NCBI GenBank assembly: GCA_964016885.1
Contig: OZ024743.1
Span: 375,782,001 to 375,846,000, forward strand
DNA: 64,000 nt
Direction of reading: 5' to 3'
DNA from: Eledone cirrhosa
Taxonomy: Eukaryota
Both the position numbers and the translations under genes were made by a program. The number at the start of each line of letters is the position of its first letter. Within the stretch, counting starts at the first letter, position 1. Positions 11,496 through 25,831 of the stretch are shown here, piece by piece. The notes beneath the pieces are model-generated. The model was given only the letters and a program-made list of their open reading frames with translations. It searched no databases and was not told the DNA's origin.

Positions 11496-11574
11496 TCCAA
11501 TCGGAGGTCAGCTATCACCACCTCCGACCATGATTTTCGTGGTCTTCCTTCCACTTAAATTTCTTGGCACTCCT

Positions 11575-11650
11575 CTCTTCCTAATCTGATCACCTAGGTA
11601 TCGGAAGCTATCAATCACCTTTATTGATCCTACCTGTATTTGAAAAATCT
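11575..11650 (-). mobile_element. Small RTE LINE fragment
   Basis: Translation GSIKVIDSFRYLGDQI matches ETVDSFCYLGDRI of the RTE at 41160. Confidence 0.5.
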
Positions 11651-11700
11651 GTCCATCACTGCCACTTCTATTGTCAAATTTCCCTGAACACCTACAATGA

Positions 11701-11800
<100 letters not shown>

Positions 11801-12171
11801 CTGTGTGTAACAAATTTCTCCTAGGATTCGAATCCTGGAACTCTATTTACCACTGCATGATGACGTTTGTGATCTACAAAAATAATTGACCAACGGAATT
11901 TGGTTTACAACAAAGGCTACAAAAACAAGAGGATCCCCTATCAATCTGCTCCCCCTAAAGGGTAACCTCCTAATAATTCCTTCCCTCCCAGCTAAACAAA
12001 TATATATTTACACAGATACACGTTCTGCCTCCTCTACCTCGAGACCTATGTGGTGAAGTCATGGTGAGAAAATGACCACAATAAGTTTGTTGGATGGAAA
12101 AAAGGGGATTAAGCAAAGGCCTCCTTAACCAAACACTCACCCACACCACCACCGCACCCCATACAATAATT

Positions 12172-12355
12172 TTTCTACATTTGGCACAAGGCCAACAATT
12201 ATCCCAGTGTATTACTGATACTTTATTTTATCGACCCCGTAAGGATGAAAGGCAAAGTTAACCTCGGCGGGATTTGAACTCAGACCATAAAGGGACGTAA
12301 CTCTTTGCTGCAAAGCATGGCGTCCGACCCTCTACCAATACTGCCAATCCACCAC
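12172..12355 (-). mobile_element. tRNA-headed SINE with Nin-like core
   Basis: A/B-box head (TGGCAGTATTGG..GAGTTCAAATCC) plus GCCTTTCATCCTTACGGGGTCGATAAAATAAAGTA. Other copies at ~14690-14836(-), 20625-20710(-), 21940-22125(+), 26130-26345(+), 29530-29705(+). Confidence 0.8.
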
Positions 12356-13034
12356 GCAAATACAACTACATCTACAACCATGACAGCAATGAAAGAGAAG
12401 AACAGAAACAAAACAAATATAGGAACATCAAGAGCAACAAATAACAAAAGCAGCCAAGCAATACACAGAGAGCTCTCCTAAACCAACTTCAGGGTTGTTC
12501 GAAAGAGCAACAGCGAGTTGATGGAGGAAGTTATAAACAATAATAAAATATATACAAAAGGAGGAGAGGTTCTAAATCCCTGCTGAAAACACCTCGGGAC
12601 AGACTAATAAAAAGACACAAGCATACAAAATATCTCAAACATGTTGAACCTTTTTTAACTAAAGACAAATAAAAACATTCTAGAAAGACCCTTTATGAAG
12701 CCCACTTCAACCATCAAGAAAACCAGATACTTGGCTTTCTTGATTCACACACTCATGCTGCTACAGTAGTGTCTAGCCTTCATGCAACATGTCCGCCTTA
12801 TCAGCTGTCAACAGCCCAGTAAATGAAGACCATGGTTTTTGACAGACATGGCTACACTATAATCTTAACCCTAACCCTAACCTTTTCATTACTATATTTC
12901 TAATGAAAGACACTGCCTGCTAATTTGAAATAATTTGCTGCGCCCTAGGGCCAGAGCCCATCACCCTCCTTCCTCCTCGCATTCTTCTGTGACCCTAGAG
13001 TCCTTGATTTCCCTTCCTTTTCCGTTTCTAAAAT

Positions 13035-14240
13035 GTGAATGCATTTGAATGTCGCATCATATCCCTCCGACAACATCTACGAACCTCGAAGCGTAGGGGC
13101 CCGTCTCTCGAGCAAGTCTATCTGCATGAAACAGATAAGATCCTGAGAGTTGGGAAGGAACTCCTTGAGAGATATTCCCTGTGTGATAATCAAAAACTTA
13201 CACCCAGGGATGTCGCTCAGCAGTATCGCAGTGAATCCATGGATTAAAAACTGCATGCTTATCAGCAAAAAAATCATGCATGGATATGTTGCCAGGAAGC
13301 TCCAGAGTGAGAGTAATATAGATAAGGAAAGTAGTCTATCTTGGACCAACAACTGCTATATTGGCTCCCACTTTGAAGGATACGCTTTTGCAATCCAAGA
13401 ACAGGAAATCAACACGAAATACTTGATTCACAAAAGAGATAGGGATGCAGGCAAAGCACCTAGATGTGATAACAAGTGCAGACTCTGCAAAATTAACATC
13501 GAAGATGTCACCCATGTCATAAGCAGCTGTCCAAAGATGTCATCGCGGTACTATCTACCTATGAGGCATGATGAAGTGGCCAAAACACTGTACAATGCAA
13601 TCCGTAGAAAAGATAGTCCCGATAATAAACACATTAAAAGCTACAGCAATATGAAAGAGTACTGGTGGAATGTTCCAGTAAAAACCCCAATAAAGTGCAG
13701 GCAGATATAATGATATGGAACAGGAAAAAGAAGGCATTCACAGTAGTGGAAGTTAGCTGCCCAGCAGATGCCAATATAATATCAAAGATTAGTGAAAAGG
13801 ACAATATTTATGCAGGACTAATGAGAAATCTGCAGATACTCCACCCTGACTATACCTTCAGATTTATGCCTGTGATTATTGGGATACTGGGATATGTTAG
13901 TAACTGCCTCAATACAAATCTTGAGAAGCTAGGCTTCACAGGAAGAGAAAGAACACAACTAGTTAGGAAATTACAGGTACAATCCATTAATGGAACAGTA
14001 AGAATATGTAAAACATTCCAAAAATGTTGCATCTAATAACTGCATTGTACAAGGCGTATACACATGCAGACATCCACATCCACACATACAATAACATCCA
14101 TACCTACACATGCATGCGTGCAGACATACATACATAATCTACCTAGTTGATGTGTAAATTCAAATGAGAGAGTCTTGTGTCTATGTTAGAAACCGACTCT
14201 CTCTCTATTGGCAAAAATTTGTGAAATTATAAAACCAGAA
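13035..14240 (+). mobile_element. 5'-truncated RLE-type (R2/R4/Dong-like) LINE, frameshifted
   Basis: FAIQEQEI..CRLCKINIEDVTHVISSC (CCHC knuckle), RHD, then ADIMIW..VEVSCP..EKDNIY restriction-like endonuclease motifs across ORFs 13150-13710 and 13665-14036. Ends in (CATA)n. Confidence 0.8.
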
Positions 14241-14436
14241 CATACATACATACTCATTTTTACCCGTTCCTTCCTCTTATCACTCATTACCTTCTATTTA
14301 TCTTTTATTTCTAATTCTATCTACTGGTGAATGACTAATGTCCGGAACGTTAAGACTCTCTTCCTACTATTTCAAGCGTTAAACTAATATATTTCTTCCA
14401 TGTACTTTGTCGTTTGTTTTGTTATTTCTGTTTACC

Positions 14437-14491
<55 letters not shown>

Positions 14492-14995
14492 CATACATGC
14501 ATACATGCATACATGCATACATGCATACATGCATACTTGCATTGATACAAACATACACATAGGATAGGATAAAGATCCCCTAACTCCTTGTGGAGTCGTA
14601 GAGACACCGTCATACGGCGTGTCTAGGGCACATTTAAACCTGGCGGAGCCCAACCCTCTCCAGGTCTGCACACAGCCGATGATTTTTTTCTATAGAGGAA
14701 GAATCGACCTTTATCGACCTCGAAAGGATGAAAGGTAAAGTTGACCACAGCGGGATTTGAAGCCAGAGCACGCAATGAGGTGGGACAAATGCCGTAAAGC
14801 ATTCTATCTGATGTTTTAAGACTGCCAATTCGCCGCCATATATACACACACACATACATATATACACACACACACATACATACATACATACGTACATACA
14901 TACATACATAATCATGCTAATATTTTCATTTTGTTTTCTTATTTCCAGCAGACTGAATCAACTATTTTTGACACATTGCATGAATTAGCAGAAAT

Positions 14996-16568
14996 ATGAG
15001 TTGTGATTCTGTAACAGATTCTATTATAATGCACACCCATAAGCCATGTCACCACCATTGCCATCGGCATGGTCACTGTCACGGCCATGGACATCATTGT
15101 CATGGACATGGACATGGTCACTGTCACAGCCATCATCACGGCCACTGTCACAGCCGCGGTCATTGCTGTGTTTGTATACCTAAACCACCCTGTAAGCTCA
15201 TAATTGCCAAACACCAAGCGAAAGTAGCCGCAAGACAGGCCATCGTTGCCACCCAACAGGCTGTGGTCGCGGCCGAACAGACAAAGGTGGCTTCTATGTT
15301 ATCAAACCTGATACCGAAACCGTGCGAAGTCGAGTGCATCCCCTGCTCACCGTGTACGCCCTGCCGCCCCTGTCCACCACCCTGTCCGCCCTGCCGCCCC
15401 TGTCCACCCTGCCCACCCTGCTGCCCACCCTGCTGCCCACCCTGCTGCCCACCCTGCTGCCCGCCCTGTCCACCCTGCTGCCCGCCCTGTCCACCCTGCC
15501 CACCTTGCTGCCCGCCCTGCCCACCCTGCTGCCCGCCCTGCCCACCCTGCTGCCCGCCCTGTCCACCCTGCTGTCCACCCTGCTGTCCACCCTGCTGTCC
15601 ACCCTGCCCACCACCCTGCCCACCCTGCTGCCCACCCTGCCCACCCTGCTGCCCACCCTGCTGCCCACCCTGCCCACCCTGCTGCCCACCCTGTCCACCC
15701 TGCCAACCCTGCTGCCCACCCTGCTGTCCGCCCTGTCCACCCTGCCCACCCTGCTGCCCGCCCTGTCCACCCTGCCCACCCTGCTGCCCGCCCTGTCCAC
15801 CCTGCTGTCCACCCTGTCCACCCTGCTGTCCACCCTGTAAACCCTGCTGTCCACCCTGCCCACCCTGTCCACCCTGCTGCCCACCCTGTCCACCCTGCTG
15901 CCCGCCCTGTAAACCCTGCTGTCCACCCTGCTGCCCACCCTGTCCACCCTGCCCACCCTGCTGCCCGCCCTGTCCACCCTGCCCACCCTGCTGCCCGCCC
16001 TGTCCACCCTGCTGTCCACCCTGTCCACCCTGCTGTCCACCCTGTAAACCCTGCTGCCCACCCTGTCCACCCTGCTGCCCACCCTGTCCACCCTGCTGCC
16101 CGCCCTGTCCACCCTGCCCACCCTGCTGCCCGCCCTGCCCACCCTGCTGCCCACCCTGTCCACCCTGCTGTCCACCCTGTCCACCCTGCTGTCCACCCTG
16201 TCCACCCTGCTGTCCACCCTGTCCACCCTGCTGTCCACCCTGTCCACCCTGCTGTCCACCCTGTCCACCCTGCTGTCCACCCTGTAAACCTTGCTGTCCA
16301 CCCTGCAAACCCTGCTGTCCACCCTGCAAACCCTGCTGTCCACCCTGCAAACCCTGCTGTCCACCCTGCCAACCCTGCTGCCCGCCCTGTCCACCACCCT
16401 GCCCACCTTGTCAACCTTGCCATCCTTGTTGTCATCCCTGTACCCCTTGCCCTGAGAATGTCACACTTGATATGAATGATACGTCGACGTCTGATTTAGG
16501 GCAATGTGAAACAGTGAAACTGTGCCACTGCCCTAATGCTCCGCAACTTGCAATTCAAACAGTGCCAG
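14996..16568 (+). CDS. First coding exon of a His/Gly-rich, Cys/Pro-repeat (PCCPPC)n protein; KAP/SMCP-like in composition only
   Basis: Open for ~524 codons. Acceptor TTTTCTTATTTCCAG| at 14948 with in-frame stops before the ATG. Donor CAG|GTAAGT at 16568/16569. Synonymous third-position variation within the repeats (TGT/TGC, CCA/CCG); unique N- and C-terminal parts. Confidence 0.8.
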
Positions 16569-16642
16569 GTAAGTCTTAATATATATTTTAGAACATCTAC
16601 TAATATAAATATCCTTGTGTATTTGTCCGTCACACACTAGAG

Positions 16643-19600
16643 ATGACTGGGGAAGGGAGGGGTGATTACGACTGGGGAAGGAAGGGGTGATTACGTCGAC
16701 TGGGGAAGGAAGGGGTGATTACGTCGACTGGGGAAGGAAGGGGTGATTACGTCGACTGGGGAAGGAAGGTGTGATTACGTCGACTGGGGAAGGAAGGGTG
16801 ATTACGTCGACTGGGGAAGGGAAGGAAGGGGTGATTACGTCGACTGGGGAAGGAAGGGGTGATTATGTCGACTGGGGAAGGAAGGGGTGATTATGTCGAC
16901 TGGGAAGGGAAGGAAGGGGTGATTACGTCGACTGAGGAAGGAAGGGGTGATTACGTCGACTGGGGAAGGAAGGGGCGATTACGTCGACTGGGGAAGGGAA
17001 GGAAGGGGTGATTACGTCGACTGGGGAAGGAAGGGGTGATTATGTCGACTGGGAAGGGAAGGAAGGGGTGATTACGTCGACTGAGGAAGGAAGGGGTGAT
17101 TACGTCGACTGGGGAAGGAAGGGGTGATTACGTCGACTGAGGAAGGAAGGGGTGATTACGTCGACTGGGGAAGGAAGGGGTGATTATGTCGACTGGGGAA
17201 GGAAGGGGTGATTATGTCGACTGGGAAGGGAAGGAAGGGGTGATTACGTCGACTGGGGAAGGAAGGGGTGATTATGTCGACTGGGGAAGGAAGGGGCGAT
17301 TACGTCGACTGGGGAAGGAAGGGGTGATTACGTCGACTGAGGAAGGAAGGGGTGATTATGTCGACTGGGAAGGGAAGGAAGAGGTTATTACGTCGACTGG
17401 GGAAGGAAGGGGTGATTACGTCGACTGGGGAAGGAAGGGGTGATTATGTCGACTGGGAAGGGAAGGAAGAGGTTATTACGTCGACTGGGGAAGGAAGGGG
17501 TGATTACGTCGACTGGGGAAGGAAGGGGTGATTACGTCGACTGAGGAAGGAAGGTGTGATTACGTCGACTGGGGAAGGAAGGGGTGATTACGTCGACTGA
17601 GGAAGGAAGGTGTGATTACGTCGACTGGGAAGGGAAGGAAGAGGTTATTACGTCGACTGGGGAAGGAAGAGGTGATTACGTCGACTGAGGAAGGAAGGTG
17701 TGATTACGTCGACTGGGGAAGGAAGGGGTGATTACGTCGACTGAGGAAGGAAGGTGTGATTACGTCGACTGGGAAGGGAAGGAAGAGGTTATTACGTCGA
17801 CTGGGGAAGGAAGGGGTGATTATGTCGACTGAGGAAGGAAGGTGTGATTACGTCGACTGGGAAGGGAAGGAAGGGGTGATTACGTCGACTGGGAAGGGAA
17901 GGAAGGGGTGATTACGTCGACTGGGGAAGGAAGGGGTGATTACGTCGACTGAGGAAGGAAGGGGTGATTATGTCGACTGGGAAGGGAAGGAAGAGGTTAT
18001 TACGTCGACTGGGGAAGGAAGGGGTGATTACGTCGACTGGGGAAGGAAGGGGTGATTACGTCGACTGGGGAAGGAAGGGGTGATTACGTCGACTGAGGAA
18101 GGAAGGTGTGATTACGTCGACTGGGGAAGGAAGGGGTGATTACGTCGACTGAGGAAGGAAGGTGTGATTACGTCGACTGGGAAGGGAAGGAAGAGGTTTT
18201 TACGTCGACTGGGGAAGGAAGGGGTGATTACGTCGACTGAGGAAGGAAGGTGTGATTACGTCGACTGGGGAAGGGAGGGAAGGGGTGATTACGTCGACTG
18301 GGGAAGGAAGGGGTGATTATGTCGACTGAGGAAGGAAGGTGTGATTACGTCGACTGGGAAGGGAAGGAAGAGGTTATTACGTCGACTGGGGAAGGAAGGG
18401 GTGATTACGTCGACTGGGGAAGGGAAGGAAGAGGTTATTACGTCGACTGGGGAAGGAAGGGGTGATTATGTCGACTGAGGAAGGAAGGGGTGATTATGTC
18501 GACTGGGAAGGGAAGGAAGAGGTTATTACGTCGACTGGGGAAGGAAGGGGTGATTATGTCGACTGGGGAAGGAAGGGGTGATTACGTCGACTGGGGAAGG
18601 AAGGGGTGATTATGTCGACTGGGAAGGGAAGGAAGAGGTTATTACGTCGACTGGGGAAGGAAGGGGTGATTATGTCGACTGGGGAAGGAAGGGGTGATTA
18701 CGTCGACTGGGGAAGGAAGGGGTGATTATGTCGACTGGGAAGGGAAGGAAGAGGTTATTACGTCGACTGGGGAAGGAAGGGGTGATTATGTCGACTGGGA
18801 AGGGAAGGAAGGGGTGATTACGTCGACTGGGAAGGGAAGGAAGGGGTGATTACGTCGACTGGGAAGGGAAGGAAGGGGTGATTACGTCGACTGAGGAAGG
18901 AAGGTGTGATTACGTCGACTGGGAAGGGAAGGAAGAGGTTATTACGTCGACTGGGGAAGGAAGGGGTGATTACGTCGACTGGGAAGGAAGGGGTGATTAT
19001 GTCGACTGGGGAAGGAAGGGGTGATTACGTCGACTGGGAAGGAAGGGGTGATTATGTCGACTGGGGAAGGAAGGGGTGATTATGTCGACTGGGGAAGGAA
19101 GGGGTGATTATGTCGACTGAGGAAGGAAGGTGTGATTATGTCGACTGGGGAAGGAAGGGGTGATTATGTCGACTGAGGAAGGAAGGTGTGATTATGTCGA
19201 CTGGGGAAGGAAGGGGTGATTACGTCGACTGGGAAGGAAGGGGTGATTATGTCGACTGGGGAAGGAAGGGGTGATTACGTCGACTGGGGAAGGAAGGGGT
19301 GATTATGTCGACTGGGGAAGGAAGGGGTGATTATGTCGACTGGGGAAGGAAGGGGTGATTATGTCGACTGGGGAAGGAAGGGGTGATTACGTCGACTGGG
19401 GAAGGAAGGTGTGATTATGTCGACTGGGGAAGGAAGGGGTGATTACGTCGACTGGGGAAGGAAGGGGTGATTATGTCGACTGGGGAAGGAAGGGGTGATT
19501 ACGTCGACTGGGAAGGAAGGGGTGATTATGTCGACTGGGGAAGGAAGGGGTGATTATGTCGACTGGGGAAGGAAGGGGTGATTATGTCGACTGAGGAAGG

Positions 19601-20168
19601 AAGGTGTGATTATGTCGACTGGGGAAGGAAGGGGTGATTATGTCGACTGAGGAAGGAAGGTGTGATTATGTCGACTGGGGAAGGAAGGGGTGATTACGTC
19701 GACTGGGAAGGAAGGGGTGATTATGTCGACTGGGGAAGGAAGGGGTGATTACGTCGACTGGGGAAGGAAGGGGTGATTATGTCGACTGGGGAAGGAAGGG
19801 GTGATTATGTCGACTGGGGAAGGAAGGGGTGATTATGTCGACTGGGGAAGGAAGGGGTGATTACGTCGACTGGGGAAGGAAGGGGTGATTATGTCGACTG
19901 GGGAAGGAAGGGGTGATTACGTCGACTGGGGAAGGAAGGGGTGATTATGTCGACTGGGGAAGGAAGGGGTGATTATGTCGACTGGGGAAGGAAGGGGTGA
20001 TTACGTCGACTGGGGAAGGAAGGGGTGATTATGTCGACTGGGGAAGGAAGGGGTGATTACGTCGACTGGGGAAGGAAGGGGTGATTACGTCGACTGAGGA
20101 AGGAAGGGGTGATTACGTCGACTGGGGAAGGAAGGGGTGATTATGTCGACTGGGGAAGGAAGGGGTGA
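16643..20168. repeat. G-rich 28-bp minisatellite (GTCGACTGGGGAAGGAAGGGGTGATTAC)n, ~3.5 kb
   Basis: Period 28 with 27/32/33-bp variants; SalI site in nearly every unit. Confidence 0.95.
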
Positions 20169-20949
20169 TGAATGAGGGAGGTGGGATGAGAAACAATAGA
20201 AGTCCAGTGTTTTAAGATTTCTCACAGCTGTGTGTTTGTATGTTTGTATCACTTGTGTAGTGCGAAGGAACCAACTAACCGACAAACAAAACATCTCTTT
20301 TTTATATTATGTATAGATATTACAATTAGCCATCATTTTTGACGGCACGCGGCCAGCTAGTTCTTATATAAAGCTCTTATATAAAACCTGCAACTTGATG
20401 ACAGCCAATGATGTTCAGTGACTGGGTCCAGTGCAAAGCCTTTCTTCACTTGAAAAGGCTGTAAGCACAGACATCACTTGATCTAAATATCTTTCATATC
20501 TGTTGCATAAACATGGTTGAATATAAACGAAAGAGGATTGTTGTTTTTTAAACTAGGTGTAATATAAAATAAAGGTGTTGGAAGCCATGGTGGTAAAAAT
20601 AAGAGATAGTGTTCAGGAAATAATTGTTTCTACTATTGGCACAAGGCCAGCAATTACCCAGTACATTACTGGTACTTTATTTTATCGACCCCGTAAGGAT
20701 GAAAGGCAAGACAATAAGTGAATAATATGATTGTAAAATAAAATAAAATAGAATAAAATAAGTGTTGAATATGTAAAAAGGGTGTTTAAAATAGAGAGAG
20801 TTCGTGTTAAAGTAAGTGATTGTTCAAGGTAAAAGTAAGGGGAAAGAAGAAATGAATAAAATAGGTGTAATAAGGGCATAATGTAAGTGTTGAATGTGTG
20901 ATAAAGGTCCATAGTATTTTGCTTTCTCTTCGGAATTACCTAACACACA

Positions 20950-20980
20950 TTTATATATATATATAATTTATATACTTTTC

Positions 20981-21037
<57 letters not shown>

Positions 21038-21046
21038 ATACTTTTC

Positions 21047-21108
<62 letters not shown>

Positions 21109-21665
21109 GTATATATGTATATATATATGTATATATATATGTATATATATATATGTATATATATATATGTATATATATATGTATATATATATATGTATAT
21201 ATATATATGTATATATATATATGTATATATATATATGTGTATATATATATGTATATATATATATGTATATATATATATGTATATATATATATGTATATAT
21301 ATATATGTATATATATATGTATATATATGTATGTATATATATATGTATATGTATGTATGTATATGTATGTATGTATGTATGTATGTATATATATGTATGT
21401 ATGTATATATATGTATGTATGTATGTATGTATATATATGTATGTATGTATATATATGTATGTATGTATATGTATGTATGTATATATATGTATGTATGTAT
21501 ATATATGTATGTATGTATATATATGTATGTATGTATATGTATGTATGTATGTATATATATGTATGTATGTATATATATGTATGTATGTATATATATGTAT
21601 GTATGTATATATATGTATGTATGTATATATATAAACGTATATATATATATACATTTATATATATA
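20950..21665. repeat. Compound (TA)n/(TATG)n microsatellite
   Basis: Directly visible. Similar large tracts at 31940-32460, 36500-37320, 39690-39990, 43715-44645, 53285-54550, 60770-61985, 62470-62800, 63235-63510. Confidence 0.95.
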
Positions 21666-22362
21666 GCTCAAAGAAGAATAGAGAATTTTCTTCTGAGCTC
21701 AAATGCAAATATATTACGTCACAAAGAGACAGTGAGATGTAGAGAGTTCTAGTTCTCAGGTTGGTAATTTAAAACTTTGATTCAGAGATTTGATTCTGAC
21801 TTAGTTTTTTTCTATTTAATTGCTAAACCTGTAGATATTGTTCTCTATAGAGTAACGGTAAAACTCACTTGTAATAATTCTTTACACTCACTGTGTAACA
21901 CACTTCTCTTTGTGTAAAAAAAAAAAATATATATATATAGGGCGGTGGATTGGCAGTATCGGTAGAGGGTCAGACACCGTGCTTTCCAGCATAGTTACGT
22001 CCCTTTACGATCTGAGTTCAAATCCCGCCGAGGTTGACTTTGCCTTTCATCCTTATGGGGTCGATAAAATAAAGTACCAGTAATATACTGGATGATTGCT
22101 GGCCTTGTGTCTAAAGTAGAAACAGTTATATATATATAATCATTATACATAATCATTTATTTTGTTTGACCTGTTTAGCTTGATTTGTTTTTTTGGGGTT
22201 AGGTGGTGCCTTCTTGACCACTTTTTCAGTTTTTATGGCGGTTTAACATATTGTTTAGCTCTAGTTTTCTTATTGGAGCGCTTGCCAGCATTTCTACGAT
22301 TTTGCGTTTCGTTTCGCTTTTTCTACCAGCCGAAATACGATTCTCGCTGAATTTATATTTAT

Positions 22363-22450
<88 letters not shown>

Positions 22451-22573
22451 GTATGTGTGTGCGTGTGTGTGTATATATGTATTTGTGTGCGGGTATCTGT
22501 ATGTTCATTTGTATACTTGTGTGTGTATTTTTGCATGCTTCCATATGTTTATACCTCCACTGGACACATACAC

Positions 22574-22765
22574 GCATGTATCTACATGTAGTTTTGTGCA
22601 TGTATCTACATGTAGTTTTGTGCATGTATCTACATGTAGTTTTGTGCATGTATCTACATGTAGTTTTGTGCATGTATCTACATGTAGTTTTGTGCATGTA
22701 TCTACATGTAGTTTTGTGCATGTATCTACATGTAGTTTTGTGCATGTATCTACATGTAGTTTTGC
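22574..22765. repeat. 24-bp tandem repeat (GCATGTATCTACATGTAGTTTTGT) x8
   Basis: Directly visible. Confidence 0.9.
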
Positions 22766-23246
22766 GTATGTGATTGTATTTATGTATAAGTCTATCTTTA
22801 TGTGGGTGACGCTTTTGTATCATTTTGTCCGACGGCTTATCTATATTTTTATTTTATGTTATTTTATTTTATTTTTTCCCTTGTATTTGTGTATGTATAT
22901 GTCTGCAGACTAGTGTGTTAATACACTTCTGTCTATACCATGTGTATATATATATATGTATGTGCATACGTATTTGTTATATTTATTAACTTTTTTACTT
23001 ATGCTTTCGCAGCCTTAACGTTCATATACAATGTGTGTGTGTGTGTGTATGTGTGTGTATGTGTATGTATATATGTATATGTATGTGTATATATATATAT
23101 ATATATATGTGTGTGTGCATGTATGTATTATCTGTGTGTGTGTGAATTCCTGTATATGTATATGTTCGTATGTATATATATATATGCGTAGATGTATATA
23201 TATATATAATGTATGTATATGTTTATATATGTGTGTGTGTGTGTGT

Positions 23247-23290
<44 letters not shown>

Positions 23291-23580
23291 GTATGTATGT
23301 ATTTGCAGACTAGTGTGTTTATACACTTGTGTCTATGCCATATATGTATATATATATCTGTATATATATACGTTATGGAATACTGTTAGCTTCTCGCTAC
23401 AACAATTTCTATACCTTTCATTTATATATATCTGTATATATATATATGTGTGTGTGTGTCGGTCGCAACTCCAGGTAGAAGGAGCAACGTGAAATAAAGT
23501 GTCTTGCTCAAGGACATAACGCATCGCCTGGTCCGGGAATCGAACTCACAACATCACGATTGTGAATCCAATTCTCTAAC

Positions 23581-23633
<53 letters not shown>

Positions 23634-23683
23634 ATACACACATATATGTATGTATGTTTATTTATTTATTTCATATTTTTCAG

Positions 23684-23718
23684 GAAAACGAAAGAGAACA
23701 AAAATTACTGTGACACAG
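23684..23718 (+). CDS. Candidate 35-nt micro-exon of the Cys/Pro gene (GKRKRTKITVTQ)
   Basis: Acceptor TTTCATATTTTTCAG|, donor CAG|GTAACT. Phase 1 start matches the phase of the 16568 donor; frame is open. Confidence 0.5.
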
Positions 23719-24143
23719 GTAACTATGTATTCTTATTTGTAGTAATATACATGAACATCTCCATAACTGGAGCATAATTCATTAGAATTAGAATATTATA
23801 ATCACATTAGCTAGGCATCTTGTTTTTAGTTAGCATATACGTATCGAAAGCCATCCTCGTTTGTCAAAGTTATTCCTTGTTAGCAGGTTTCAAAACCTGT
23901 TGGTTCTCGCCCTTTCTGGTAGTTATTTCCCTTTGATGCGTTGTCTATAAGTCTAAAGTCATTAATACTCAGCTGAGAATACTGAAGCAACGTGAAATGA
24001 AGTGTTTTGCTCAAGAACACAACATGCAACCCATGAATCGAACCGATCGTAAGCCCAAAACCCTTACCACTAGGCTACGTGCTTCCAGATATTGTCTATA
24101 GCGTTCAGAAAAATATTAACGCCAGCCACCAAAGGAATATTTG

Positions 24144-24177
<34 letters not shown>

Positions 24178-24934
24178 GTCTGTATGTATGTATATTATAT
24201 AAAGTATGTGTACAAACCAATTAGGGAGGAGAGATAGATTAGTTGTGAAAATTATAAGCCAGTAGGGAAGAGGATAGTGGGCTCAGTGCGTATAAAGTGC
24301 AAGACAAGCGAACAATGAAAGTAACCAAAAAGTGTATAGGCAGAGCATTAATATAAAAATTGTTACAGAATATAATTCCGAATTCTTGAACAAATACATT
24401 TATTGGTTTACAATTCTTTCAAAAATCATATCATATAATTCAGTTCATAAAAATAAGCATCATCGATTATATTATCGATAAAAACAGAAGATCATAAGAC
24501 TGAACCGAGAAATTACCTCATCTTCAGAACCAAAAAGAAAATAAACATAAAATTCAAAGATACCCGTCTCTGATGGTGGGGACTACATCTACCTATATAT
24601 TACTAAAATTCTGTGACTGCTTGCTTGCTTGTCTGTAATGTAATAGAGCCAAAAGGGTGCATAATGGGAAAATAGTTTGCAAGAAAGTTGACCCTGAAAT
24701 GGGAATAAAAATGGAATAAAACAAGCTTCGAGTAAATTGGAGCACATGTTCCCAAGATACGGGTTTTTCCGGGTACCTTCATAAACAGAGAGAGAAGGAT
24801 AGAGAGAAATATATAGTAGTTGCGAGAGAGTAGATTGAAAGAGAGACATAGAGAGGGGGAAAGGAGACAGAAAAGGAGAATGGAAGAGAGAGAAAGAGAG
24901 AGAGAGAGAGAGCTGGTGGTGGTGTTGTGTGTGT

Positions 24935-25003
<69 letters not shown>

Positions 25004-25397
25004 TATGACCTGTGTATATAGATCATAGATACTTATATATATGTATACACACACACACATTTATATCTATACATACGCACACGTGTATATATGAGCCTTC
25101 CAGTTTCATTTCCCATTATATACGTCTGTGTATATTTTATTTATTGAAAATATTTTTAAGTGAACATGATTTTTTTTTTTTATATTTTGATATGAGCGTG
25201 ACCCGTTTGTTCACGGCTGGTCGAGTAAAATATAAAATGCAAAGCATGCCACTTATCATTCGAAGGACCAAAACAGAATTAAAATACATTTTAAAATGAA
25301 AGAAGTTAAACGTTTAAATATATATTTTTATGAACTGAATTTTGATATGATTTTTGAAATAATTGTAAACCAAAAAATATTCGGAATTGTATTCTCT

Positions 25398-25447
<50 letters not shown>

Positions 25448-25622
25448 GGAAAAAATGAGACGAAATTTCATTTCTCACTCTTAGTACAGCTGTTACTTAA
25501 ATATAAGTATGTACACGTACATACATATATGTATACAGACGTACATGTATATATGTGTGAATGTATGTATATATATATACATACTACTGTACGTCTGTAT
25601 ACATATATGTATGTACGTATAC

Positions 25623-25654
<32 letters not shown>

Positions 25655-25661
25655 ATATATG

Positions 25662-25697
<36 letters not shown>

Positions 25698-25711
25698 AAA
25701 TTAAATTAAGG

Positions 25712-25765
<54 letters not shown>

Positions 25766-25799
25766 GTATATGTATATGTATATATATATATATATGTAT

Positions 25800-25831
<32 letters not shown>

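Noticed and set aside
14324-14353. Hammerhead-like CTGGTGA..GAC TAAT GTC..GGAACGTTA
   Set aside because: Catalytic core positions are altered; at best a dead relic.
15160-16435. Antisense GQ-, RV- and WTG-repeat ORFs
   Set aside because: Shadows of the Cys/Pro repeat. Splice sites, unique termini and wobble pattern support the + frame.
16643-20168. CRISPR-like array
   Set aside because: No unique spacers and no cas genes; head-to-tail minisatellite in eukaryotic DNA.
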